Of a DNA stretch of 64,000 nt, positions 1-11,257 are shown one piece after another. The notes under the pieces were generated by a model. The model did not search any database, was not told where the DNA came from, and saw nothing but the letters and a program-made list of their open reading frames with translations. This stretch comes from Octopus sinensis. Its lineage: Eukaryota. The stretch lies in contig NC_043003.1 in NCBI RefSeq assembly GCF_006345805.1, positions 52,576,001-52,640,000 of the forward strand, written 5' to 3'. The translations under genes were made by a program, and so were the position numbers. Numbering within the stretch: position 1 is the first letter of the stretch; each line of letters starts with the position of its first letter.

Positions 1-14
1 TTATCTGGTGGTCA

Positions 15-1180
15 ATGAGGAAACTAGGGATAGATGAATGGTTAGTGAGAGCTGTGCGAGCCATGTACAGAGACGCTGCTAGTAAGGTGAGGGTTGGCAA
101 CGAGTACAGTGAAGAATTCCGGGTAGAGGTTGGGGTCCACCAAGGTTCAGTCCTCAGTCCCCTCCTATTTATCATAGTCCTCCAGGCAATAACGGAGGAA
201 TTCAAGACAGGATGCCCCTGGGAGCTCCTCTATGCTGATGACCTTGCTCTAATTGCTGAGTCACTATCAGAACTGGAGGAGAAGTTTCAGGTGTGGAAAC
301 AAGGATTAGAATCGAAGGGCCTTAGAATCAACCTAGCCAAAACCAAAGTCCTAATAAGTAGGAAGGTGGACCAATCACAAACGACTTCAGGTAGATGGCC
401 CTGCTCGATCTGTAAAAAAGGTGTAGGTAGAAACTCTATAAGGTGCACCAAGTGTAAGCTATGGACACATAAGAGGTGCAGCAATGTCAAAGGAAGGCTA
501 AGAAAATAGTTTTTGTCTGTGGCAGATGCTCAGGAGCAATAAACACTGGAAATGTGCAGAGACCAACTTCTACCACGTTCCAGGGAGACAAACTAGAAGT
601 AGTTGATAGCTTCCGCTACCTAGGAGACCAAGTCAGTAGCGGGGGTGGGTGTGCTGAAAGTGTAACTGCTAGAGTAAGAATAGCCTGGGCAAAGTTTAGA
701 GAGCTCTTACCCCTGCTGGTGACAAAAGGCCTCTCGCTAAGAGTAAAAGGCAGACTATATGATGCGTGTGTACGTACAGCCATGCTACATGGTAGTGAAA
801 CATGGGCCATGACTGCTGAGGATATGCGTAAGCTTGCAAGAAATGAAGCCAGTATGCTCCGATGGATGTGTAATGTCAGTGTTCATAATCGTCAGAGTGT
901 AAGTACTTTGAGAGAAAAGTTGAACCTAAGAAGTGTCAGTTGTGGTGTGCAAGAGAGACGGCTGCGCTGGTATGGTCATGTGACGAGAATGGCTGAAGAT
1001 AGTTGTGTGCCAAAGTGCTACACCCTAGCAGTTGAGGGAACCTGTGGAAGAGGTAGACCCAGGAAAACCTGGGACGAGGTGGTGAAGCACGACCTTCGAA
1101 CTTTAGGTCTCACCAAGGAAATGACTGAAGACCGAGTCCTATGGAAGTGTGCTGTGCATGAGAGGACCCGGCAGGACTAG
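15..1180 (+). pseudogene. RTE reverse-transcriptase ORF (partial) broken by one frameshift near 500
   Basis: ORFs 15-509 and 476-1180 join into one RT reading. Comparison with the copy at about 17545 (AGGTTAACAGGGAAAATAG) indicates a 4-bp deletion here (AGGCTAAGAAAATAG). Confidence 0.85.
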
Positions 1181-3600
1181 TCAGGCCATATCCCGTGGCC
1201 CCTACCTGGGACGTAGTCGATCCACCTGGGCATACCTTCCTTCTTGTGACACTTGTGAAGACCTGCTGAGGCAAGTGAAAATCAATCAAAATAGATGAAC
1301 ATCAATGGAATTTGTATCTTTGTGGTACCAGTGCCTGTGGCACACAAGAAAACCATCCGAACGTGGCCGTAGCCAGTACCGCATCGACTGGCCTCCGTGC
1401 TGTGGGAACATGGTGGCACATAAAAACACCATCCGAAGACCCGGCAAGACTAGTCAGGTCATAACCCGTGGCCCCTACCTGGGACGTAGTCAGTCCACCT
1501 GTACATACCTTCCTTCTTGTGACACTTGTGAAGACCTGTTGAGGCAAGTGAAAATCAAAACAAATCAAAATAGATAAACATCAATGGAATTTGTATCTTT
1601 GTGGTACCAGTGCCGGTGGCACACAAGAATCCATCCGAACGTGGCCGTAGTCAGTACCGCATCACTGGCCATCGTGCTGTGGGCACATAACAAACACCAT
1701 CCGATCGTGGCCGTTCGCCAGCCTCATCTAGCACCTGTGTCGGTGGCACATAAAAACACCATCCGAAGACCCGGCAAGACTAGTCAGGCCATAACCCATG
1801 GCCCCTACCTGGGACGTAGTCAGTCCACCTGTGCATACCTTCCTCCTTGTGATACTTGTGAAGGCCTGTTGAGGCGAGTGAAAATCAAATCAAATCAAAA
1901 CAAATCAAAATAGATGAACATCAATGGAACTTGTATCTTTGTGGTACCAGTGCCGGTGGCACACAAGAGAAAACCATCCGAAAGTGGTCGTAGCCAGTAC
2001 CGCATCGACTGGCCTCCGTGCTGTGGGCACATGACAAACACCATCCGATCGTGGCCATTCGCCAGCCTCATCTAGCAGCTGTGTCGGTGGCACATAAAAA
2101 CACCATCCGAAGACCTGGCAAGACTAGTCAGGCCATAACCCATGGCCCCTACCTGGGATGTAGTCAGTCCACCTGTGCATACCTTCCTTCTTGTGACACT
2201 TGTGAAGACCTGTTGAGGCAAGTGAAAATCAAATCAAAACAAATCAAAATAGATGAACATCAATGGAATCTGTATCTTTGTGGTACCAGTGCCGGTGGCA
2301 CACACTTTGTGGTACCAGTGCCGGTGGCACACAAGAGAACCATCTGAACGTGGCTGTAGCCAGTTCCGCATCGACCGGCCTCCGTGCTGTGGGCACGTAA
2401 CAAACACCATCCGATCATGGCCGTTCGCCAGCCTCATCTGGCACCTGTGTCGGTGGCACATAAAAAACACCTTCCGAAGACCCGGCAAGACTAGTCAGTC
2501 CACCTGTGCATACCTTCCTTCTTGTGACACTTGTGAAGACCTGTTGAGGCAAGTGAAAATCAAATCAAATCAAAATAGATGAACATCAATGGAATTTGTA
2601 TCTTTGTGGTACCAGTGCCTGTGGCACACAAGAAATCCATCCGAACGTGGCCGTAGTCAGTACCGCATCGACTGGCCATCGTGCTGTGGGCACATAACAA
2701 ACACCATCCGATCGTGGCCGTTCGCCAGCCTCATCTAGCACCTGTGTCGGTGGCACATAAAAACACCATCCGAAGACCCGGCAAGACTAGTCAGGCCATA
2801 TCCCATGGCCCCTACCTGGGACGTAGTCAGTCCACCTGTGCATACCTTCCTCCTTGTGATACTTGTGAAGGCCTGTTGAGGCAAGTGAAAATCAAAATGA
2901 AATCAAAACAAATCAAATCAAATCAAATCAAAACAAATCAAAATAGATGAACATTAATGGAATTGTATCTTTGTGGTACCAGTGCCGGTGGCACACAAGA
3001 AAACCATCCGAACGTGGCCGTAGCCAGTACCGCACCGACTGGCCTCCGTGCTGTGGGCACGTAACAAACACCATCCGATCGTGGCCGTTCGCCAGCCTCA
3101 TCTGGCACCTGTGTCGGTGGCACATAAAAACACCATCCGAAGACCCGGCAAGACTAGTCAGGCCATAACCTGTGGCCCCTACCTGGGACGTAGTCAGTCC
3201 ACCTGTGCATACCTTCCTTCTTGTGACACTTGTGAAGACCTGTTGAGGCAAGTGAAAATCAAAACAAATCAAAATAGATGAACATCAATGGAATTTGTAT
3301 CTTTGTGGTACCAGTGCCGGTGGCACGTGGCACACAAAAAAACCATTCGAACGTGGCCGTAGCCAGTACTGCATCGACTGGCCTCCGTGCTGTGGGCACG
3401 TAACAAACACCATCCGATCGTGGCCGTTTGCCAGCCTCATCTGGCACCTGTGTCGGTGGCACATAAAAACACCATCCGAGCGTGGCCGTCTGCCAGCCTC
3501 GTCTGGCACCTGTGTCGGTGGCACATAAAAAACACCATCCGAGCGTGGCCGTTTGCCAGCCTCGTCTGGCACCTGTGTCGGTGGCACATAAAATCACCCA
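1165..3600 (+). repeat. Tandem array of RTE ORF-end/3' UTR units (273-367 bp): 6 complete units plus a terminal unit
   Basis: Anchor GACCCGGCAAGACTAG at 1165, 1438, 1768, 2112, 2479, 2775 and 3142. Confidence 0.93.
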
Positions 3601-3767
3601 CTACACTCTCGGAGTGGTTGGCGTTAGGAAGGGCATCCAGCTGTAGAAACACTGCCAGATCTGACTGGACTGGTGCAGCTTTCGGGCTCCCCAGACCCCA
3701 GTTGAACCGTCCAACCCATGCTAGCATGGAAAGCGGACGTTAAATGATGATGATGATATATGTATAT

Positions 3768-3801
<34 letters not shown>

Positions 3802-4038
3802 CAGTGGATCATATATCTGAAAAAGAAGCACACTCTGAATGTTAGACCAATAAATGTTCTTACAGGAAGTTAATAATATGCCCAGTCATACAGTGACCAA
3901 TTGTTTTACAAGTGCTTAGCTTTATAGACAACTTCTTCACTGGGAGTTGGCTATAAAGCTAAGCAGTCTATGAATGCAAAACAATCAATCACTTATGATT
4001 GGGCATATAATTAACTTACTGGAAATATATATTATACA

Positions 4039-4201
4039 GGCGCAGGAGGGGCTGTGTGGTAAGTAGCTTGCTTACCAGCCACATGGTTCTGAGTTCAGTC
4101 CCACTGTGTGGCACCTTGGGCAAGTGTTTTCTACTATAGCCTCGTGCTGACAAAAGCCTTGTGAGTGGATTTGGTATATGGAAACTGAAAAAAACCTGTT
4201 T

Positions 4202-4250
<49 letters not shown>

Positions 4251-4453
4251 TTGTGTGTCTGTGATTGTCCTCTACACCATCGCTTGACAACCAATGTTGG
4301 TGTGTTTATGTCCCCATAACTTAGCAGTTTGGCAAAAGAGACTGATAGAATAAGTACAAGGCTTACAAAGAATAAGTCCTAGGGTCAATTTGTTCAACTA
4401 AAGGCAGTGCTCCAGCATGGCCACAATCACATGACTTAAACAAATAAAAGAAT
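4039..4453 (+). mobile_element. tRNA-derived SINE family A with internal (TG)n/(TA)n tract
   Basis: A-box-like GGCTGTGTGGTAAG, B-box-like GAGTTCAGTCCC, CORE-like GGCACCTTGGGCAAGTG; at least 15 related copies in the window. Confidence 0.85.
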
Positions 4454-5214
4454 ATGTGTGTGTAGTCTTTCAGTTTCTGTCTAACAAATCCACTTACGAG
4501 ACTTTGGTTGGCTCAGAGCTATAGAAGATATTTACCAAAGGTGCTACACAATGAGACTGAACTCAAGGTAATGTGATTAGAAAGGAAGCTTCTTAACCAC
4601 AAAACCATGCCTACGCCTAAGAACTTTGTTAGGAATATTTCTTAGTTTTTTTTAACCTCTTTGTTAACAAACAAACTATAAAATTCATTCAGGCATAACA
4701 GTGAAACCATTTCAAGATGTGCATTCAATGAGAATATTAAATACATCAAAGAACACGATAAATCAACCAACAAATAATTTGTAAAAGAAACACTATACAC
4801 CATACAAAAAAAAAGAAGAAAAAAAAACTAAAATCTTGAACAGTAATGTTATTACAGTCTCCTATACCAAATGTCACTAAATTACACATTTAGCACAGAG
4901 AGAAAAAAATTTAGTGAGAATTTAATCTTAAGAACCAGCACAATGTGGTAGTCCTGAAATAGATAAGAGAAAAAAAAAATACAGGTGCAGGTATGGCGGT
5001 GTAGTAAAAAAAATTTGCTTTCCAACAACATGGTTCAGTCTCACTGCATGCCACCTTGGGAAGGTGCCTTCTACAATAACCACAGGCCTTGTGAGTGATT
5101 TTGGTAGACGTGGAAACTGAAAGAAGCCTGACATGTCTGTCTGTCTGTCCGTCCGTCCGTCCGTCCGTCCGTCCGTCCGTCTGTCCGTCCGTCCGTCCGT
5201 CCATCCATCCATCC

Positions 5215-5253
<39 letters not shown>

Positions 5254-5649
5254 AACACTATTGCCCAAGGTTCCCGTGGTCTTTTCTGTAGGCTTTTCTA
5301 TCCACAGACAAACCTAATCTGTTTTCCCTTTTTACATTGACATTTCTGTGATACATGATCCCTATTGATTGGCCACACTTTTTTGTTTTTCATGATCCCT
5401 ATTGATCAGAATTCGCCCCCATCCCTTTATTTTTATTTTTTCCTTCTTCCCAAAAAGAAAAGCTCTACTTTGTATTTTGTCCCTTCTGTGTTCAGCCCTG
5501 CATGGCCAATAAAGAAATCTATCTGTCTGGGTGGGTGTCTTTGTGTCTGTGTTTGTCCCCTGCTTCCCACCATTTGACACCTAATATTAGTGTGTTTATG
5601 TCTCCATAACTTAGTAGTTCAGCAAAGTGACCAATAGAAGTACCAGGCA

Positions 5650-5696
<47 letters not shown>

Positions 5697-5697
<1 letters not shown>

Positions 5698-5925
5698 TAC
5701 CTGTTTTAGTCATAAGACAGCAGCCATGCTAGTGCACCACATTGAAGAAATTTAGTCAAACAAATTAATCCAGAGCTTTTTATTCATCATCATCATCGGA
5801 AAACGGATGCTAAACAATGATGATGATGATGATGATGAATAAAAAGCTCTGGATTAATTTGTTTGACTAAATTTCTTCAATGTGGTGCACTAGCATGGCT
5901 GCTGTCTTATGACTAAAACAGGTAA
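5697..5925. repeat. Perfect inverted repeat, 101-bp arms and 27-nt spacer
   Basis: 5697-5797 is the exact reverse complement of 5825-5925; the spacer is the RTE 3' terminus. Confidence 0.95.
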
Positions 5926-6541
5926 AATGATAAAAAAGATATATCATACTTTGCATCTAACACTTACAATTTGATATAGTTGGCCTAATGCTTTTCTTTC
6001 TTTGAACATTAACAAATGCAGTGTCAAAGATTTTAATTGAAAATTCTGATAGTCATTTAAATGAATAAAAATGAAATATTCAGGATGAGCAGAACTGAAA
6101 GATTACAAATTGAGAATGGTTTAAAAGAGTTGCTATGTGTGTTGACATCATTGCATTAAGCTCAGTTTTCCATGCTTGAATGGGTTGAGCAGATTATCTG
6201 AAGCAGAATTTTATGGGTTGATGCCCTCTTGTCACCAACCATTTTAGCAGCCGCTTACAACATGTAGGGGCACAGTGTATCTATTCTAAAAACCAGGCTA
6301 TACATGCCATAATTGCGTAAAAGAGTATATTCAATAATTGAGAAGTTATTTGTAAACAAACCTTTCCAAGTTTTAAAAATTAATTTTGAGACTCTACTGG
6401 AGCCATTGGTAAATCATTGGGGGCAAATGTTTGATCTATGTTTGTTCAAGGATTTAGAATATTGGAACAGAAGACACAAATCAGCAAAAAATACATGAAC
6501 ACAATCTGACAATAATTTATTACAGAAGAATTATAACTCAC

Positions 6542-6670
6542 CTTCCACCAAATAAAGTAGGTAAAGTCACTTCATATGCAGCTAGTTTCCAGATAACCCA
6601 GCGGTAATGATTAAAGAACCAGGCTCTAGATATCAGATTAGGATCCACAGATTCAATTGTTAAGAATGAT
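6542..6670 (-). CDS. BRCA2: BRCA2 helical-domain exon (129 bp, phase 2 to 2), counterpart of the 5' part of human exon 17
   Basis: Translates RSFLTIESVDPNLISRAWFFNHYRWVIWKLAAYEVTLPTLFGG, containing the diagnostic VDPxLISxxWxxNHYRWxIWKLAAxE motif. Acceptor TTTTTGCATTCAG|, donor AAG|GTGAGT. Confidence 0.96.
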
Positions 6671-6778
6671 CTGAATGCAAAAAATGAAAACAGTTATCAA
6701 AAAATAGAATCATCATCATCATCATCATTTAATGTCTGTTTTCCACACTGGCATGAATAAGATAGTCAGAAAGGACCT

Positions 6779-6996
6779 TATTTCTTTATTGCCCAAAAGG
6801 GGCTAAACGAGGACAGACAAAGCGATTAAGTCGATTACATCGACCCCAGTGTGTAACTGGTACTTAATTTATCGACCTTGAAAGTATGAAAGGCAAAGTC
6901 GACCTCGGCGGGTTTTGAACTCAGAATGTAACGGCAGACGAAATACCACTAAGCATTTTGCCTGGCGTGCTAACATTTCTGCTAGTTCACCGCCTT
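6779..6996 (-). mobile_element. tRNA-derived SINE family B
   Basis: Reverse complement of the family consensus GGCGGTGAGCTGGCAGAAACGTTAGC...GAGTTCAAA...GAGGTCGACTTTGCCTTTCATCCTTTCGGGGTCGATAAATTAAGTACCAG. Confidence 0.85.
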
Positions 6997-7713
6997 GAAA
7001 GGACCTGACAAACGAAAGCAAAATGCCCCTTTGACTAAGTGATGGGAGAATTTGAGAGTAGAGAAGTGGCTTTATATCAGGTGCTGGGGAGGTTAAAGTA
7101 TGTTAGAAGGACAAGTGCAGGCATCTTGCTATGAGAAGATACATGGTTACCCTGCTCAGTATCTTCCCTTTGAGGGTGAGCATAGGATGAAGATAAGCTG
7201 GAAGTGATGGTGTGTCAGAGCCAAACCACAAGGAGCAAAGAGGTGAGCGCAAGAGAGGACATGGACAGCGAATTAATATAACACTATCTTCAGTCTATAT
7301 TACTGAAAAAGTGCATACTGGAATATTCTTTGACAAATTATAGTTATATACTTAATTCTTACTATTGTAGAATAAATTATTAAATACATATATAAGAAGA
7401 TTCAAGAATTCTTTTTGCATTTTAATTATGTATATAGATGCAAGCATGGCTGTGTAGTTAATAGTACATGCAGACATGGTTGTGAGGTCAAGAAGTTAGC
7501 TTCACAACTGTAGTTTTGAGTTCAATCTCATTGTGTACCATCTTGGGTAATTGTCTTCTGCTGCAGCTATGAGCTGATTAAAGCCTTGTCAGTGGATCTG
7601 GTAGATGGAAACTGAAAAAAGCCTGTTATATATCTCTGTGCATGTGTGTATATGTTTGATTCTGCTTGTCTTTATACTGTGTACTAAATGTAAACAAATG
7701 CCATCGCATAATG

Positions 7714-9247
7714 TATGAAGTGATATCAAGAAGTTCCTGGACTAATTCTGTAGCATGCCAAGAGCTAGCAGTGACCATCATGAGGCAGTGACCTCACAAA
7801 ATTTTACTTCGCAAGTTGTGAAGTTTGTGTTTTTGCGACCACATGTATGCTGTAGTCTGCAACTTTTGTTTGTCATGGACAGGAAGTTGGAACAAAACAC
7901 TAATGTGAAATTTTGCGTTAAACTTGGGAAGTCTGCTACAGATACACTAAGCATGATTTGGCAAGCTTACGGTGAAGAGGAAATGGGTCATATGCAATAT
8001 TTTGAGAGGCATGAGTGCTTCAAAAGCAAAGAACATCCCTGGAAGATGATGAGCGATCTGGAAGACCTGCCACATATATCATCCTCAGGAATGTGAAGAA
8101 AATTCATCAGCTATAGGCGCAGGAGTGGCTGTGTGGTAAGTAGCTTGTTTACCAACCACATGGTTCCGGGTTCATTCCCACTGCGTGGCACCTTGGGCAA
8201 GTGTATCTACTATAGCCTCAGGCCGACCAAAGCCTCGTGAGTGGATTTGGTAGCTGGAAACTGAAAGAAGCCTGTCATATATATGTATATATATAGGTAT
8301 GTGTGTGTGTGTATATGTTTGTGTGTCTTTGTTCTTCCAGAACATAACTTGACAATCAATGGTGGGTATGTTTACGTCCCCGTAACTTAGCAGTTCGGCA
8401 AAAAGAGACCAATAGAATAAGTACTAGGCTTCCAAAGAATAAGTTCTGGGGTCGATTTGCTCGACTAAAGGCGGTGCTCCAGCATGGCCGCAGTCAAATG
8501 ACTGAAACAAGTAAAAGAGTAAAAGAGCTTGTGCATGAAGATTGTCAGAGGACAATCAATGATATTTTGAAGTATTTGAGGAAGGACATTCAGTGAAAGT
8601 GACTAGATTTGTGGAGTGTGAAGAATTGGAATCTTCATGACAGCAATAGACCCTGTCACTGAGCTCTCTTCACTCATGAGTTTCTTATTTCTTTACTGCC
8701 CACAAGGGATTAAACACAGAGGGGACAAATGAGCACAGACAAACAGATTAAGTCGCTTGTATCGACCCCAGTGTATAACTGGTACTTAATTTATTGATCC
8801 CAAAAGGATGAAAGGCAAAGTCGACCTCGGCGGAATTTGAACCCAGAACGTTCACACGGACGTAATACCGTCAAGCATTTCACTCAGCGTGCTAACGTTT
8901 CTGCTAGCTTGTGAATTTCTTGCCAGAAACAACATGGTATTGCTTCTGCACCTGCCCTATTCGCCAGATTTAGCAACTGCAGACTTCCATCTTTTCCCTA
9001 AGATGAAAATGTAGCTCAAAGGTCACTGTTTTAACACTATTGTCAAGATCAAGAGTGAATCATAGAAGGTCCATGACTTGCTTATGGGAAACGACTTCCA
9101 GGCCAGATTCCAAAAGTGGCAGGAACGCTGGGACCAGTGTACAGCAGTGAAAGGTGATTATTTTGAAGGGGATAATGCTAAAATTTAGGTAAATAAGTTA
9201 TTTTTGATTAAACATAACTACTCCAGGAACTTTTTGATATCACCTTA
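7714..9247 (+). mobile_element. Decayed mariner element with both TIRs, interrupted by SINE A (8116-8527) and SINE B (about 8687-8910)
   Basis: TIRs TATGAAGTGATATCAAGAAGTTCCTGGA / CTCCAGGAACTTTTTGATATCACCTTA; N-terminal KFCVKLGKSATDT and C-terminal PYSPDLATADFHLFPKMK. Confidence 0.85.
8116..8527 (+). mobile_element. SINE family A, near-consensus copy nested in mariner
   Basis: Full head, microsatellite slot and (GTAAAAGA) tail. Confidence 0.85.
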
Positions 9248-10182
9248 CACATTTCCTTTTCTTTTATAACTACCAGATTAACAAAAGGAAAACTTTATAT
9301 TTTTAGAATATATGAAACAAGAGCTAACTAAAAGTCTGAAAACAAGCATGGATATTTAGGGGAAACTTTGCTTTGAACTAGCAAATAGTTAAGTGTGATT
9401 TTCTCCATTAAGTTTGTTCCCAACCCATATATATGGCTGTGTGATAAGAATCTTGCTTCCCAACTATACGGCACCTTGGGCAAGTCTTTGTGTGTGTGCA
9501 TATTTATCTATGTACATGTGTTTTTGTCTGTGTTTGTCGCCCACCCACTCCTTGACAACCAGTGTTGCTATAAAATTTAATCCTTACAACAGGAAACTAA
9601 CTTCAGTAGACTTGTATCACAGGAAGAATGTATCCGAAACTGTTATATTTATACAAAGCAAATGGGATAGGCATGAATTGAAATCTAACAAGCATGACAC
9701 ATAAAGGAGATAAGAAGAAAAAGAAAACTGAAAAAGAGAGAAAAGATGAGGTAGTATCTGTGCCTGAGGGCAGATACAGACCTCTCCCCTCAAACAAGTG
9801 GAACATCAAGAATGACAGCTGGAGGGAGAGAGGGCTGTACTAGCACCAGGCTGGTATCCATTTTCAGTTGAAGCAAAGTGAAATGATGTGCCTTGCTTAA
9901 GGGCATAAAATACTGCTTGGTTTAGGAATTGAACTCACAACTTCAGGATCTTAACTGCAACAGCTTAACCAGCAGGCAACACCAGTCAAGAACTAATGTC
10001 AATTTAAATAACTATATCTTCACCCAACACACCTTGGCAGCACTTAGGATTGTTTAGAGCCACTTGTAGACAGTAGCTAAATATTTGGATTGCTCTTAGT
10101 GCAATGACCACCAAGTGGCAGAACCAACTTCTGAACAACAAAGACATGAACACACCTATGTATGAAGTGTAAGAGCCATGTA

Positions 10183-10677
10183 GGTACAGGGATGGCTGTG
10201 TGGTAAAAAGTTTGCTTCCTAACCACATGGCTCTGGGTTCATTGTCAGTGAATGGCACCTTGGGGAAGCTCCTTTACTACAACCCTATGCTGACCAAAGC
10301 TGTGTGAATGGATTCAGTCAATGGAAACTGAAAGAAGTTCATTGTATATGTGTGTAATATATATATATATATAATATATACACACACACATGTGTGATGT
10401 ATGTGTATGTATATATATGTATGTGTGAGTGTTGTGTGTGTGTGAGTGTGTTTGTGTGTGTGAATATTTATCTATGTGCATGTGTTTTTGTCTGTGTTTG
10501 TCCCCCCACCACTGCTTGACAACCAGTGTTGGTGTGCATGTCCCTGTAACTTAGGAGTTTGGCAAAAGAGACTGATAGAATAAGTACTAGGCTTAAAAAA
10601 TAAAAAGCCCTGGGGTTGAATTGGTCGACTAAAACCCCCAGCATGGCCGCAGTCAAATGACTGAAACAAGTAAAAGA
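10183..10677 (+). mobile_element. SINE family A
   Basis: Same head, body and tail, with an expanded internal (TA)/(TG) tract. Confidence 0.8.
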
Positions 10678-11034
10678 CACATACATAAGTGCATGCTTGT
10701 GTTCCTTGTTTTGACATCATGTGATAGTTGTAAAATGATTGTTACTGTCATACAAGCAATGTCATTCTTTGCCAATATTCTGTGATTCCAAGGTGGAAAA
10801 CTAGCAGAAACATTAGCACACTGGGCGAAATGCTTAGCGGTATTTCATCTGTAGTTGAGACGCTTGCTTTCCAACCATGTGGTCTCGGGTTCAGTCCTGC
10901 TACACAATACATTGGACAAAATACATTGGCAAGTGTCTTCTACTATAACACCTGGGCAGACCAAAAGCTTTTGTGAATAGATTTCATAGATGGAAACTGA
11001 AAGAAGCCCATTGTGTATGTGTATATGTACTCCA

Positions 11035-11257
11035 TTAAGGTGATGAGCTGGCAGAAACGTCAGCATGTTGTACAAAATACACAGTGGTATATCATCTGTC
11101 TTTATGTTCTGAGTTCAAATTCTGCCGAGGTCGATCTTGTCTTTCATCCTTTCGGGGATGATAAATTAAGTACCAGTTGCATACTGGGGTTGATCTAATC
11201 GACTGGCCCTCTCCCCCAAAATTTCGGGCCTTGTGCCTAGAGTAGAAAAGAATATTC
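11035..11257 (+). mobile_element. SINE family B, alternative 3' end (CCCCCAAAATTTCGGGCCTTGTGCC)
   Basis: Matches the family B head and central domain. Confidence 0.8.

Larger units (their letters stand above)
1..3757 (+). mobile_element. RTE-clade non-LTR retrotransposon, 3' part, with amplified 3' UTR and (GAT)n tail
   Basis: RT motifs GVHQGSVLSPLLF and YADD, C-terminal RLRWYGHV/GRGRPRKTW; 3' end CCATGCTAGCATGGAAAGCGGACGTTAAA(TGA)n shared with many copies in the window. Confidence 0.92.

Noticed and set aside
1251-1282. Hammerhead core in GTGAAGACCTGTTGAGGCAAGTGAAA
   Set aside because: No C3, and GAAA does not directly follow a stem II; covariation supports a simple stem-loop instead.
3480-3590. 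HDV-like ribozyme suggested by CCAGCCTCGTCTGG
   Set aside because: It resembles P3/L3 only; I could not find P1, P1.1, P2 or the J4/2 catalytic C in the required order.
1165-3600. CRISPR-like or coding interpretation of the tandem array and its many 60-120-aa ORFs
   Set aside because: Units are whole 270-370-bp near-identical blocks without unique spacers, derive from an RTE 3' UTR, and shift frame between copies; the context is eukaryotic.
4039-4110. tRNA genes at A-box/B-box motifs (also at 20808, 22328, 28570 and others)
   Set aside because: No complete cloverleaf; each continues into a repeated SINE body.
3758-6541. Search for the next BRCA2 exon (CLSPE...LKYRYD, OB1)
   Set aside because: No matching frame found; it probably lies to the left of the window.
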